The notes below the pieces were generated by a model. That model ran no database searches. It saw only the letters and a program-made list of their open reading frames with translations, and had not been told where the DNA came from. This document shows, piece after piece, positions 21,253-30,249 of a stretch of DNA of 64,000 bases. Both the position numbers and the translations under genes were made by a program. Positions within the stretch are counted from its first letter, which is position 1. Every line of letters begins with the position of its first letter. Source of the DNA: a virus; IMG/VR virus record IMGVR_UViG_3300029305_003176; one strand, written 5' to 3'.

Positions 21253-23010
21253 TTACTCAAATGATGATAATCGTCTCGCTGGACGAATAGTGAGTTGCTT
21301 AACTAAATTATTCGTATCTTGTTGTTTTGGTTTTAATTTAAGTTCTAACTGACAAGCACACCAATAATTATAAGCTATACTAGAATATCTGTCCTTTCTC
21401 ATTCCAGATATTTCTTTTACTTTAATATTTCCGTTTTTAACTTCATGTTCTAATTTTATTAACTCGTATTGAGTCATTGTTGTTTGTATGTACGGCATTT
21501 TCAAAGCGTTCTGTTCTGTTAAAGAGAACTTATTGTAACTCTTAAAGGTATCACGTAATATATCTTCGCCATCATGTTCAGATACCAAGAAATTTATTTT
21601 TCCATTTTGAATACCATTTCTCAAAAGAACACATATTTCATTGTTGAAAGCAGAGGTAGCCTTAACAGACCAAACAACTTTTTGAGCATCCTTAACTTTA
21701 CAACGAGCCGCCATATCAGGGTCGTTACAACAAGTTAAAGCCTTATATGTCTCTCCGGTCTCCGGGTCGTATTGGTCTTTTATTATAAAGTCATATACTC
21801 CAAGACCTATACCATTCGTATCTAGCACAAAATCAGTACATTTGTAATGATAAAAGTATCTCATAGCAATAATACCAAGTTCATCTGTTGTTAAACCTTC
21901 ATATGTTTCTGCATATATAGGATTTGATTGATACGAAGTTTGATTAGTTTGAACTAAATTATTAATGAAAAATGCAGCAGCATCGTTTTTCTTTTTCTTT
22001 GATGAAGCCATTAAAGCAACGTCCAAAGATAATATTCGTTTCTCGGCAGCACTTACTGATGGAACTCTAATTTTGTCGTTATAGAATTTAAGTGGATAGA
22101 AAGCATTTTTAATTTTTCTACATTTCCCAAATTCATCAAATTTAAATAAGCTTCCATCTGTATCACCAAACCATAAGCATTCCATTTCCATCTGTTGTAC
22201 AAGTTCATTATAATCTGCTTCGCTCATTTCATCTTGTAACTGCTCACGAGATAGTAGATTTTCAAGTATACTTATTTGATAAGGTAAACCACATATAAAA
22301 TATTTTTTTACATCGTCAAAGAAGTTAAGAGTATAGCTTTGAGCTTTTTTCCATGCCCATGAACTTTTAAAGTAAGCACTGGACATATAAATTTCTTTAT
22401 TTCTTTCTGTTAAATGTGCATATTCTGGTTTGTTCAAATATTTAGGATGGCGAGGGCTTGTTAAGAATTTTCTTAATACAGTATTTATAACTGTTTCATC
22501 AACCATTCTAAATTCATCAACAACAATAATGTTAGCTCTCGCAGATCTTGAATTCTCAGAACTAGTACGAGTTTTTATCCAAGAGGTGTTTTTAAATGAT
22601 ATTGTCGCATCGTTCTGGCCAATGTTGCATTTCTCAATTTCACTCCGTAAAATCGCTGATTGTTTCATAAAGTCATCTTGAATTTTTAATAAAACTTCAT
22701 TAGCCTGTTTTAAAGTTCCTGAACTAACAACAATTTTTGTTCCAGGGAACAATATACACCTAACAACACAAAAGAGGGCGGTAAGATAGGTTTTTCCTTG
22801 ACCTCTTGCTGCAAGATACATCATAAAATTATAATGCATCATTGCATATATCAAAATCTTTTGAAATAATTTCAAATGAATACCCAATACATCAGAAACA
22901 AATCTCTGTGGATTGGCTCTATAATAGGCACATCTCCAAGCAACAGTGTCCATAATTTTTTGTGCCTTATCACGCTCAACATCTTTTACGGTTTTTACTT
23001 GAGTAGCCAT
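21253..23010 (-). CDS. Terminase large subunit
   Basis: Walker A AARGQGKT, Walker B IIVVDE, nuclease motifs LSLDVA and RKDRYSS. Confidence 0.95.
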   Translation of the reverse strand: MATQVKTVKDVERDKAQKIMDTVAWRCAYYRANPQRFVSDVLGIHLKLFQKILIYAMMHYNFMMYLAARGQGKTYLTALFCVVRCILFPGTKIVVSSGTLKQANEVLLKIQDDFMKQSAILRSEIEKCNIGQNDATISFKNTSWIKTRTSSENSRSARANIIVVDEFRMVDETVINTVLRKFLTSPRHPKYLNKPEYAHLTERNKEIYMSSAYFKSSWAWKKAQSYTLNFFDDVKKYFICGLPYQISILENLLSREQLQDEMSEADYNELVQQMEMECLWFGDTDGSLFKFDEFGKCRKIKNAFYPLKFYNDKIRVPSVSAAEKRILSLDVALMASSKKKKNDAAAFFINNLVQTNQTSYQSNPIYAETYEGLTTDELGIIAMRYFYHYKCTDFVLDTNGIGLGVYDFIIKDQYDPETGETYKALTCCNDPDMAARCKVKDAQKVVWSVKATSAFNNEICVLLRNGIQNGKINFLVSEHDGEDILRDTFKSYNKFSLTEQNALKMPYIQTTMTQYELIKLEHEVKNGNIKVKEISGMRKDRYSSIAYNYWCACQLELKLKPKQQDTNNLVKQLTIRPARRLSSFE

Positions 23011-24065
23011 TATTCCTCGTCTATCTTTGACCCAAATATTTGGTCAAATAGTGCTTCTGAATCTACATCTTCATCATACTGTGGCTTGGTCACAGTGTAC
23101 TTTCTAATAAATCTTTCATAGAGAGAAGAAAAAGCATTCTTTAATCCCATCATCTTAGATAAGTGGCCTTTAAAGAATACATCAATATATAGACCTATTT
23201 TATCAACATCTCTAAATTCTTCATCTGGTTCAGGGATTGGCTTTTCGTCTTCCCATTTTGCAATTAATTGTCCAAATGTCTGAAAATCTGCCAAAGAATC
23301 GGAATTAGACTGAGATGGTTTTACAGATAAAGAACCCATTAATTCTTGTAATGTCTTATCTAATTCTTTTGTATCTTTTCCTGTTTTTTGTGCTTTATCT
23401 ATTTCTAGTTCTTTGAAACATATTCTCTTAAACAACAATTCCTGTGCTTTATTTTCACATGCATATCTTGTTGTCCAATCTTGATATTCGGTTTCTAAAA
23501 ACATATAGTCTTCATTAGAATACCCTGAGCCGAATCTTTTCTTGGCTGCTTTTATAGTTTTAGCATTAATCTTAGTTTCTTCTTCTTCGGTTATAACACC
23601 TAGTTCAAATTCACTATCTACCCAAGTTTTATTTTTATACTGCGGCAAAGACTTTAATGGAACAAGATAGGCAAGAAAAGGTGCTTTCCTATTTTTCTCA
23701 TTAACTTCATCTGCAACAGTTTTACAAGCAGATTCATATAAATCATCTATGTATGGAAGATTCATTTTTTGAAGCATGCGCTTAACTGAATCTTTGGTTT
23801 CATTTGCTTTGTCGTTTTTTTTATCTCTTTGCTCAACTTCAGCAAGAATACATTTTTTGCATTGTGGGAATACACCAATAGCGTATTTGTTGGAAGAATA
23901 AAAGTTTTCACGACTTATAAATTCTCCACATTTAGGACAAAGAATATAATCCTGTTCTATAACTTTATTATAATCACGAGCCAAATCGTTGTAAGACTTC
24001 TTAACATTGGCTACGGTTAATTTTTTAATCTCTTCTTCGGTTTTAGCTTGTCTTAAATATGCCAT
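23010..24065 (-). CDS. Putative terminase small subunit / packaging-associated Zn-finger protein
   Basis: CPKC...CKKC; TFGQLIAKWEDEKPIPEPD motif; coupled to large terminase. Confidence 0.6.
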   Translation of the reverse strand: MAYLRQAKTEEEIKKLTVANVKKSYNDLARDYNKVIEQDYILCPKCGEFISRENFYSSNKYAIGVFPQCKKCILAEVEQRDKKNDKANETKDSVKRMLQKMNLPYIDDLYESACKTVADEVNEKNRKAPFLAYLVPLKSLPQYKNKTWVDSEFELGVITEEEETKINAKTIKAAKKRFGSGYSNEDYMFLETEYQDWTTRYACENKAQELLFKRICFKELEIDKAQKTGKDTKELDKTLQELMGSLSVKPSQSNSDSLADFQTFGQLIAKWEDEKPIPEPDEEFRDVDKIGLYIDVFFKGHLSKMMGLKNAFSSLYERFIRKYTVTKPQYDEDVDSEALFDQIFGSKIDEE

Positions 24066-24099
24066 AACCAACATTCCTCCTTTTATTCTTTTTAATCAA

Positions 24100-24173
24100 A
24101 TGGATAGGTGGGACTCGAACCCACGACAACGTGATCCCAAATCACGCATTCTACCAAACTGAATTACTACCCA
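24100..24173 (-). tRNA. tRNA-Pro(TGG)
   Basis: Cloverleaf; anticodon arm CGTGA-TTTGGGA-TCACG; T arm GTGGG-TTCGAGT-CCCAC. Confidence 0.9.
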
Positions 24174-24179
24174 ATATAT

Positions 24180-24419
24180 CTACACACATTTATGAAATGT
24201 GCGAGAAATTACATCATCTTGTTGTTCCTTTGTAAGCTTAATGAAGTTAACTGCGTATCCTGAAACACGAATAGTTAACTGCGGATATTTCTCAGGGTGC
24301 TTCTGAGCGTCAAGAAGAGTATCTCTATTAAAAACATTAACATTAAGGTGATGACCACCACTTGTCATATATCCATCTAATAAGGATATCAAATTATCAA
24401 TCTGTGCTTTCTTTGCCAT
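24180..24419 (-). CDS. grcA: Autonomous glycyl radical cofactor (PFL C-terminal spare part)
   Basis: GGHHLNVNV...[17 protein letters not shown] glycyl radical motif in a 79-aa stand-alone ORF. Confidence 0.9.
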   Translation of the reverse strand: MAKKAQIDNLISLLDGYMTSGGHHLNVNVFNRDTLLDAQKHPEKYPQLTIRVSGYAVNFIKLTKEQQDDVISRTFHKCV

Positions 24420-24493
24420 TTTTAATCATATCCTTTCAATAAAAATAGGAGAGTAGCGATAACCATTCGATAAGCCACTCTCCAAACATATTT

Positions 24494-24778
24494 TTATTGT
24501 ATACAATCCCTTATAACCACTTGCTTTTGCAAATTGTCGTACTCATCAAATTTCTCCCAGTCAACTAAATAGCCTTTAGGCTCTATGAAACCTGTCCAAT
24601 CATAGTAATAATCTTCATACTTAAATATAAAATGCCCATATATAACATCATAATAAATTGTGCCACTTGGAAATCTATCTTTAAGAATGAGAGAAAAGTA
24701 ATAACAATTTCCACTCAACCAGTTACAATCGGTTGGAAATCTGCGTTTTATAAATTCTAAAATTTTAGTCATAGCCAT
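24494..24778 (-). CDS. Small hypothetical protein (possible papain-like Cys/His/Asp fold)
   Basis: GNCYYF...GHF...YYDWTG pattern. Confidence 0.55.
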   Translation of the reverse strand: MAMTKILEFIKRRFPTDCNWLSGNCYYFSLILKDRFPSGTIYYDVIYGHFIFKYEDYYYDWTGFIEPKGYLVDWEKFDEYDNLQKQVVIRDCIQ

Positions 24779-24789
24779 TACCCCTATTG

Positions 24790-25851
24790 TTAAGCATATC
24801 TAAAACGATATCCTTGAACAGTTTTGCTTATACCTTTACATACCTTAGAAATAGCACTGGGATCATTAATGTCCAAATCTTTTGCGGCGCTACTTATAGA
24901 CACATATTTCTTAATATCATTGCCTTTATTATCTATCAAAACAACGGCAGTCCATTTTCGATGTTCGAATTTAATTGGTTGAGTTATATCATAATTTTCA
25001 GGTAATCTACGCCATATAAATCCACCTGCGGTGTCTATATTCCCTGATATGCAATTTGATATAGATGAATTACGTATTTTTGTAATACGACTAGCCTCAT
25101 TAATAGAAATAAAGCGCTCCACATATTTTCCTGCCAAATCAAATTTATAGATATATAGAATTTCGATGGGTTCTATTTTGTCTTTATAATTATACGACCA
25201 TTGAAAACCTTGGTAAGTTTTTTGTTTTTTACGACAACACTTTGAAATTCCACTAACTCCAATATGATTTTCTTCTGCTGCAATTTTAATACTCGGATAT
25301 CTATTTATAAAATTTCCACATACATCATATTGATAAACCATATTCGATGCATGTAATTCTCCACGTGATCGTATTGGTTCTATCTTATCCATATGGTATA
25401 ATTTCCATTGATATCCATATGCATAATGTATTTTTTCATCACAACACTGTCTTACGGCAGGTTGCTGAGATTTAGGTATTTCAGTTATATCATTAATTTT
25501 ACAAACAAAATTACCATCTAAGTCATATTTATAAATATTTTTATATTTGATCACTGGGTTACCTGCGCCACCAGCAGATATATTGTAACCGTATTTAGGA
25601 TTATTAGAGTTGTAGTAAGCAATTAAAGATATTTCTTCAAAATCTGCTTCTTCTTTACTTAAATGCTCCTTTAACACTTTATGTTCAAAATTATCCCAAC
25701 CATATTTCTGAATCGCTTTATAAAAATATGTACAACTGACATAGCCGTTCCCATTATCCCATCTATGTTCTAGACGCTGCTTTGTTTGCCCTATATAAAC
25801 TTTTCCGTTTATTTTGTTTTTGTGCATATAAATTTTATAGTTATTTTTCAT
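24790..25851 (-). CDS. Free-standing GIY-YIG homing endonuclease with NUMOD1 repeats
   Basis: YKIYMHKNKINGKVYIGQT; repeated (K/Q)YDL.G.F...Y.SI..AA motifs. Confidence 0.88.
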   Translation of the reverse strand: MKNNYKIYMHKNKINGKVYIGQTKQRLEHRWDNGNGYVSCTYFYKAIQKYGWDNFEHKVLKEHLSKEEADFEEISLIAYYNSNNPKYGYNISAGGAGNPVIKYKNIYKYDLDGNFVCKINDITEIPKSQQPAVRQCCDEKIHYAYGYQWKLYHMDKIEPIRSRGELHASNMVYQYDVCGNFINRYPSIKIAAEENHIGVSGISKCCRKKQKTYQGFQWSYNYKDKIEPIEILYIYKFDLAGKYVERFISINEASRITKIRNSSISNCISGNIDTAGGFIWRRLPENYDITQPIKFEHRKWTAVVLIDNKGNDIKKYVSISSAAKDLDINDPSAISKVCKGISKTVQGYRFRYA

Positions 25852-25872
25852 ATTTCCTCCAATCTTTTGTAT

Positions 25873-25943
25873 TGAAGGCAGAGATAGGAGAGTATGAACC
25901 GTCCCACTTTAACTCTTTACCAGATTCTCCATCCGGCCTATAT
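25873..25943 (-). repeat. 71-nt structured element, copy 2 (upstream of GIY-YIG gene)
   Basis: 63/71 identical to 19495-19565. Confidence 0.9.
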
Positions 25944-25958
25944 ATTTTTTTTGCATAT

Positions 25959-25987
25959 AAAAAGAGCCGGTAATTAACCGACTCTTA
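25959..25987 (-). terminator. Intrinsic terminator
   Basis: AAGAGTCGGT-loop-ACCGGCTCTTTTT; closely related to 19461-19489. Confidence 0.65.
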
Positions 25988-27184
25988 ATTCAATTCTACA
26001 TTATAAATTGCGTCTATTCCATTTTCAGAACATACCAACACGGTTTGATTTGCTTTTCCACTAAGTCTCTGAGACAATGTATAATCATCGCCCCCTCCTG
26101 CGAGACTACCGCTTTGAATATATTTAACACCATTGAATTCTTGATATGCAGGAGTATGCCTATGACCACCAATAATTGCATAAGGAAAGAATCCCAACAT
26201 CATGCAAAGTTTTCCTACGGCATTAGAATTCATAGCATCGTTATCACCGTGAACACCAATATAGGTTTTACCTCTTACAGATAAATCAGATATTCCTGAA
26301 TCCAAATTCCTATGTAAAACAACAATATTTTCAATGTGTTTAGTAGTTTGTTCTACAATCCAAGTAATCAAACTGTCAAGACGCTCATCTTTAATATCTT
26401 TTTCTTTATTAGATATAAGCCTGCTATGATTACCTGCAACTCCAATAATAAATATACGTTTAAAATATTTATTTAATTCAACTGCAAAATTAGTAATTAA
26501 TTCTGCGGTTAATTTAACTTGTTCTATCACATTTTCTCTATTAGAAACCTGAATACTTAAATGAATATTTCCGGAAATTTGATCTCCTAATAAATTTAAA
26601 TAAACGTTTTCAGAATTATGTCTTCTTCCGATTTTAACAATTTCTAATAAATAATCATCTAATCTGTTTCTAGCAATAGAAGTATTGTATTCTCCAAAAC
26701 AAGAACTAAATGTCTGACCTATATGTAAATCACTAAGGCAGCAAATTAAATCATTGTCACTATTAATTTCTACATTAGCACAATCAGTAAACTCAACCTT
26801 GCCGATTTCACAAAGTTTTTCTTCTAATAATTCTAATGTTTCCTCAATTCTTGAATCAGCATAATTCTGTCTATTCCAAGCATTACGTTGATCTCTAAAT
26901 TTAATTGTATTTCTAGCAAGTTCCCTATTTAAAGCATCAAGTTTTTCTTGGTATTCACTAGATTCCATTTTAGAAAAACATCCGTCATAAAACTTCTTTG
27001 CCGCCTGATAGCGTTTCCTAAACGAACTTTCATCTCTCCATTTGTCTTCGTCAATACCAAGTTCTTTATTTATAATATCATTAATAGATGACCAACTTTC
27101 TATTTGACCAGAATCAATCATCTGGCCTATTTTCCACAAGAACTGTTCTTCAGTTTCTTCTGGTAATTTCTTAATATCTATCAA
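25985..27184 (-). CDS. Calcineurin-like metallophosphoesterase/nuclease
   Basis: SDLHIG, LGDQISG, AGNHSR, VHGD and GHRH motifs. Confidence 0.85.
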   Translation of the reverse strand: MIDIKKLPEETEEQFLWKIGQMIDSGQIESWSSINDIINKELGIDEDKWRDESSFRKRYQAAKKFYDGCFSKMESSEYQEKLDALNRELARNTIKFRDQRNAWNRQNYADSRIEETLELLEEKLCEIGKVEFTDCANVEINSDNDLICCLSDLHIGQTFSSCFGEYNTSIARNRLDDYLLEIVKIGRRHNSENVYLNLLGDQISGNIHLSIQVSNRENVIEQVKLTAELITNFAVELNKYFKRIFIIGVAGNHSRLISNKEKDIKDERLDSLITWIVEQTTKHIENIVVLHRNLDSGISDLSVRGKTYIGVHGDNDAMNSNAVGKLCMMLGFFPYAIIGGHRHTPAYQEFNGVKYIQSGSLAGGGDDYTLSQRLSGKANQTVLVCSENGIDAIYNVELN

Positions 27185-27236
27185 ATCCTATTCCTCCAAT
27201 AAAATAGGAGAGCAGTAGTTGCTCTCCATCAATATA

Positions 27237-27443
27237 TTATTCTTCGTCTGTTTCCTTAACTTCTGGTTCAATAATTTCATCAGACTTGGCAGTAGTAGAC
27301 AAATCAAACGACATATCTCCATAAACACTAGCAAGTAAAACTGCCAAATCAAGTATTTCTCCATCCACATCAACAAACTTACCATTTACAATTTGCAAAC
27401 CTTTTATTTTACCTGTATAATTAATCTGCTTTTTAAATTCCAT
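27237..27443 (-). CDS. Small protein (YonK-like by synteny)
   Basis: 68 aa, acidic, directly upstream of the phosphoesterase. Confidence 0.5.
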   Translation of the reverse strand: MEFKKQINYTGKIKGLQIVNGKFVDVDGEILDLAVLLASVYGDMSFDLSTTAKSDEIIEPEVKETDEE

Positions 27444-27473
27444 AATAATTCTCCTTATTTTCCTATTTTTATA

Positions 27474-27502
27474 TTGACACTATATAAATAATGTGATAGT
27501 AT
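27474..27502 (+). promoter_or_regulatory. sigmaA-type promoter antisense to the late operon
   Basis: TTGACA-17 nt-TAGTAT with TG extension. Confidence 0.5.
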
Positions 27503-27532
27503 GATATATGTGAAAAAATACACATTTGCTTT

Positions 27533-28153
27533 TTAAAAAATATCTTCAAAACTTTCAACTAATTTATTTACAACACTGTATTTAATAAGCTCTTCACTAG
27601 TTAAATACCAATCCTTAGATTTATTTTTATTGAATGTCTTCTCATCAATAGTAGTTCTTTCAAGAATATAAGACTTCATTTCTTCAATTTGTCTCTTATA
27701 ATTCTTTTGGGCCATTTCAATTTGTTCGGCAGTTCCAGAGAATGCAGCAGAACCTTCGTGAACCATTAAGTTTGAATGTCTGAAAGTATATCTCTTATGA
27801 CCAGATAAGAAAATCATAAATCCGGCACTCATTGCCACACCCATAGCAATAGTAATAATAGGGATTCTACTTGCAGACACAATATCAATCAGACTGTTTG
27901 CCTGCTCTAAATCACCGCCATATGAATGTATCCAAAGATAAATAGGTTTTAATTCTTCCTTTGGAATATCCTTTTCTTCTATATTCATCTGAATGATAAC
28001 CTTACCTAGTTCAACCAAGTTATACATTTCGTCTATTTCATAATCAATATAGAATGTTCTATTTTCTCTTGCCTTCCAATATGTATATTGTTCTGGAGAT
28101 AAATATTTTTCATTTTCTGCTCCAGATAAAATTTCAGGTATTAATATATCCAT
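27533..28153 (-). CDS. clpP: ClpP-family protease
   Basis: PIYLWIHSYGG, GVAMSAG (catalytic Ser), LMVHE (His), KDWYL; start adjusted to ATG 28153. Confidence 0.88.
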   Translation of the reverse strand: MDILIPEILSGAENEKYLSPEQYTYWKARENRTFYIDYEIDEMYNLVELGKVIIQMNIEEKDIPKEELKPIYLWIHSYGGDLEQANSLIDIVSASRIPIITIAMGVAMSAGFMIFLSGHKRYTFRHSNLMVHEGSAAFSGTAEQIEMAQKNYKRQIEEMKSYILERTTIDEKTFNKNKSKDWYLTSEELIKYSVVNKLVESFEDIF

Positions 28154-28242
28154 ATTCTTTTTCTCCTTATTTTCCTTATTTGTCTCACGACATAAAAACA
28201 CCCGCACAAATCTAATTAGAAATGCACGGATGTTATAAAATT

Positions 28243-29475
28243 TTAATCTAATAATTCTGCCATTTCAGCAGTTTCACTACGTTCTGTTTTGTCTAATTTA
28301 ACAAAACCAAATTTAGGATGTCCCTTTAAACAATTAATTGCAGACATAAGACCATTGTTCATTCTAAACACAGGGCTATCTGTTTGTTTAAAATCGCCAT
28401 TCATCCATAATACAGAACCTTCTCCAATTCTTGAAATAAGTAATTGGACTTGATTCTTAGTTAAATTTTCTGCTTCAGATACATATACAATCGAATTTAA
28501 ATAAGTTCTACCACGAATAAATCCAAGATGTTCTACTACAATATTGCCTTGCATCATTTGGAACTCCAATCCCTGTTGTCCACCTAGGTGATCTGCGAGA
28601 GCAGCGGTGAACGGTGCAAGTTTTTCTTCCATAGTACCTGGGAGAAAACCAATATCATGAGAATCTGAAATTCCTATTGGATTTCTAATATAAATTAATC
28701 TATCATATTTCCCTTGTTTAATCATATCCAAAGCATTAGAAATCATTAAGAAGTCTTTGCCACTTCCCCATTTGCCCGACAAGATTTTGATAGTTGTATC
28801 TTTATTTTGAAGCATATCAAATGATAAAACTTGTGCGTTATTTCTAGGTTTTATCTTTCCTAAAAAATCATTATTAAGTTGTTTATAAGACATTGCTTTG
28901 TGTGTGCTTCCATCCCAACGTCTATTATCTTTAATATTACCATCGGCATCTTTAATAACTAAATATTGATTGGGTATTAAATCATATATATTCTCATCAA
29001 TATGTGAATAAAAATAACCCATTTCATTGTCGTTCATATTTACTTCTTTATAACCAATATATTCTTCCCCCTCTACAAGGTTGAGTTCATCTATGCCTTT
29101 GGTTGGTAATTTAAATATATTCTTTGAAATAAATTTTACATTAATATCATCAGAAACAACGATAATAGGATTTTCTTTGTTATAGTAATAAGCCGAAGCT
29201 AATATTAAATTGTCCGGGGTCTCATCTAAATCAAACCCATATAAATAATTTTTAATCTCACTATTTATAATAACTACATCATATTTGTCATCTTGTTCAT
29301 CAAGCAGTCTAGCAATTTTTCTTGCTTTATATTTAATTTCGTTATCTTTTGTAGAAGAAGATTTAATCTTTTCTAATTCTTCAAGTGTTTTTTGAGAGAT
29401 TACAAATTGTTCATTAAAAGCCTTATCTTGTAAATTGAGTAAGGCGTTAGTATCTAGAAATAATTGATACTTCAT
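28243..29475 (-). CDS. phoH: PIN-PhoH (PhoH2-type) protein
   Basis: N-terminal PIN (LDTN, ELE, DNLIL, SDDIN); GKWGSGK, GFLPG, RGRT, EAEN, SRIGEGS motifs. Confidence 0.9.
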   Translation of the reverse strand: MKYQLFLDTNALLNLQDKAFNEQFVISQKTLEELEKIKSSSTKDNEIKYKARKIARLLDEQDDKYDVVIINSEIKNYLYGFDLDETPDNLILASAYYYNKENPIIVVSDDINVKFISKNIFKLPTKGIDELNLVEGEEYIGYKEVNMNDNEMGYFYSHIDENIYDLIPNQYLVIKDADGNIKDNRRWDGSTHKAMSYKQLNNDFLGKIKPRNNAQVLSFDMLQNKDTTIKILSGKWGSGKDFLMISNALDMIKQGKYDRLIYIRNPIGISDSHDIGFLPGTMEEKLAPFTAALADHLGGQQGLEFQMMQGNIVVEHLGFIRGRTYLNSIVYVSEAENLTKNQVQLLISRIGEGSVLWMNGDFKQTDSPVFRMNNGLMSAINCLKGHPKFGFVKLDKTERSETAEMAELLD

Positions 29476-29514
29476 ATCTCACCAACTTTCTATTAATATT
29501 TAACTATTTAATTG

Positions 29515-29679
29515 TTAGCGAGTTACGCTTTTTCTGTACTTTGAAAGAAGATTCAATACTTTGTCGCACTCGGTAGCATAATAGGTACCTTTGTTGCTAT
29601 ACGTCTTGTGGAGTTCTTGTTTCCACTTACAACCTTTACTTTCTAAATATTGTCCTTCTTGTTTTGTAATTTTAATCAA
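29515..29679 (-). CDS. Small basic hypothetical protein (54 aa, below ORF-track cutoff)
   Basis: TTG start after GAGG; MIKITKQEGQYLESKG...YYATE. Confidence 0.6.
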   Translation of the reverse strand: MIKITKQEGQYLESKGCKWKQELHKTYSNKGTYYATECDKVLNLLSKYRKSVTR

Positions 29680-29724
29680 TTTTCATTCCTCTTTTTTCTT
29701 AATATTTCCCTAATGGGATAGTAA

Positions 29725-29796
29725 CGACTCTAGAGGTAGTCGAAACCTCATCTCCTGATAGACAGTCAGGTATCATAACCGTTAGACCATAGAGCC
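29725..29796 (-). tRNA. tRNA-Asp(GTC), atypical U37
   Basis: Cloverleaf; anticodon arm CCTGA-CTGTCTA-TCAGG. Confidence 0.88.
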
Positions 29797-29945
29797 AAAT
29801 AACAAGGCGCAAATATAAATTGTAGTACTTGTTATATAATTTAAAAAGTAGTTTTATATAGCTGTTTACGCCTTTAATACAAGATACATAATTTGTTCTT
29901 CCACCTAGAAATAAGAATATCATTAATTGCTGATTGTATCTTAAG

Positions 29946-30018
29946 AGCACTTGATGGGCTTCGAACCCACATAACTCGCTTGGAAGGCGAGAATGTTAAC
30001 CAATTACATCACAAATGC
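29946..30018 (-). tRNA. tRNA-Gly(TCC)
   Basis: Anticodon arm CTCGC-CTTCCAA-GCGAG; T arm GTGGG-TTCGAAG-CCCAT. Confidence 0.9.
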
Positions 30019-30162
30019 ATATATAAAGACAGAGACGCATCCCTGTCTCTAAAAGCAGCGCCCCGTAGGAACCTCCTGTGCACCGGATAGGTTTCTCACT
30101 AAATATCCAGAATGGTAATTACTCCACCCAAATAAACGTAAGCTTAACCAACTGCCAAACCA

Positions 30163-30234
30163 TAGAAGGTAGGGGAATTGAACCCCTCTTACGAGAATGA
30201 AAATCTCGTGTACTAACCACTATACGAACCTCCC
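30163..30234 (-). tRNA. tRNA-Glu(TTC)
   Basis: Anticodon arm CGAGA-TTTTCAT-TCTCG; T arm AGGGG-TTCAATT-CCCCT. Confidence 0.9.
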
Positions 30235-30249
30235 AAAAATCAAGAGTGG

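Noticed and set aside
24447-24483. GGAGAG...CTCTCC-type hairpins (also ~432, ~10682, ~27207, ~30243) as a novel repeat family
   Set aside because: Loops are unrelated and most are followed by U-rich tracts on the minus strand, consistent with ordinary terminators or processing stems
29699-30090. ORFs 29699-29950 and 29893-30090
   Set aside because: They overlap well-formed tRNA genes
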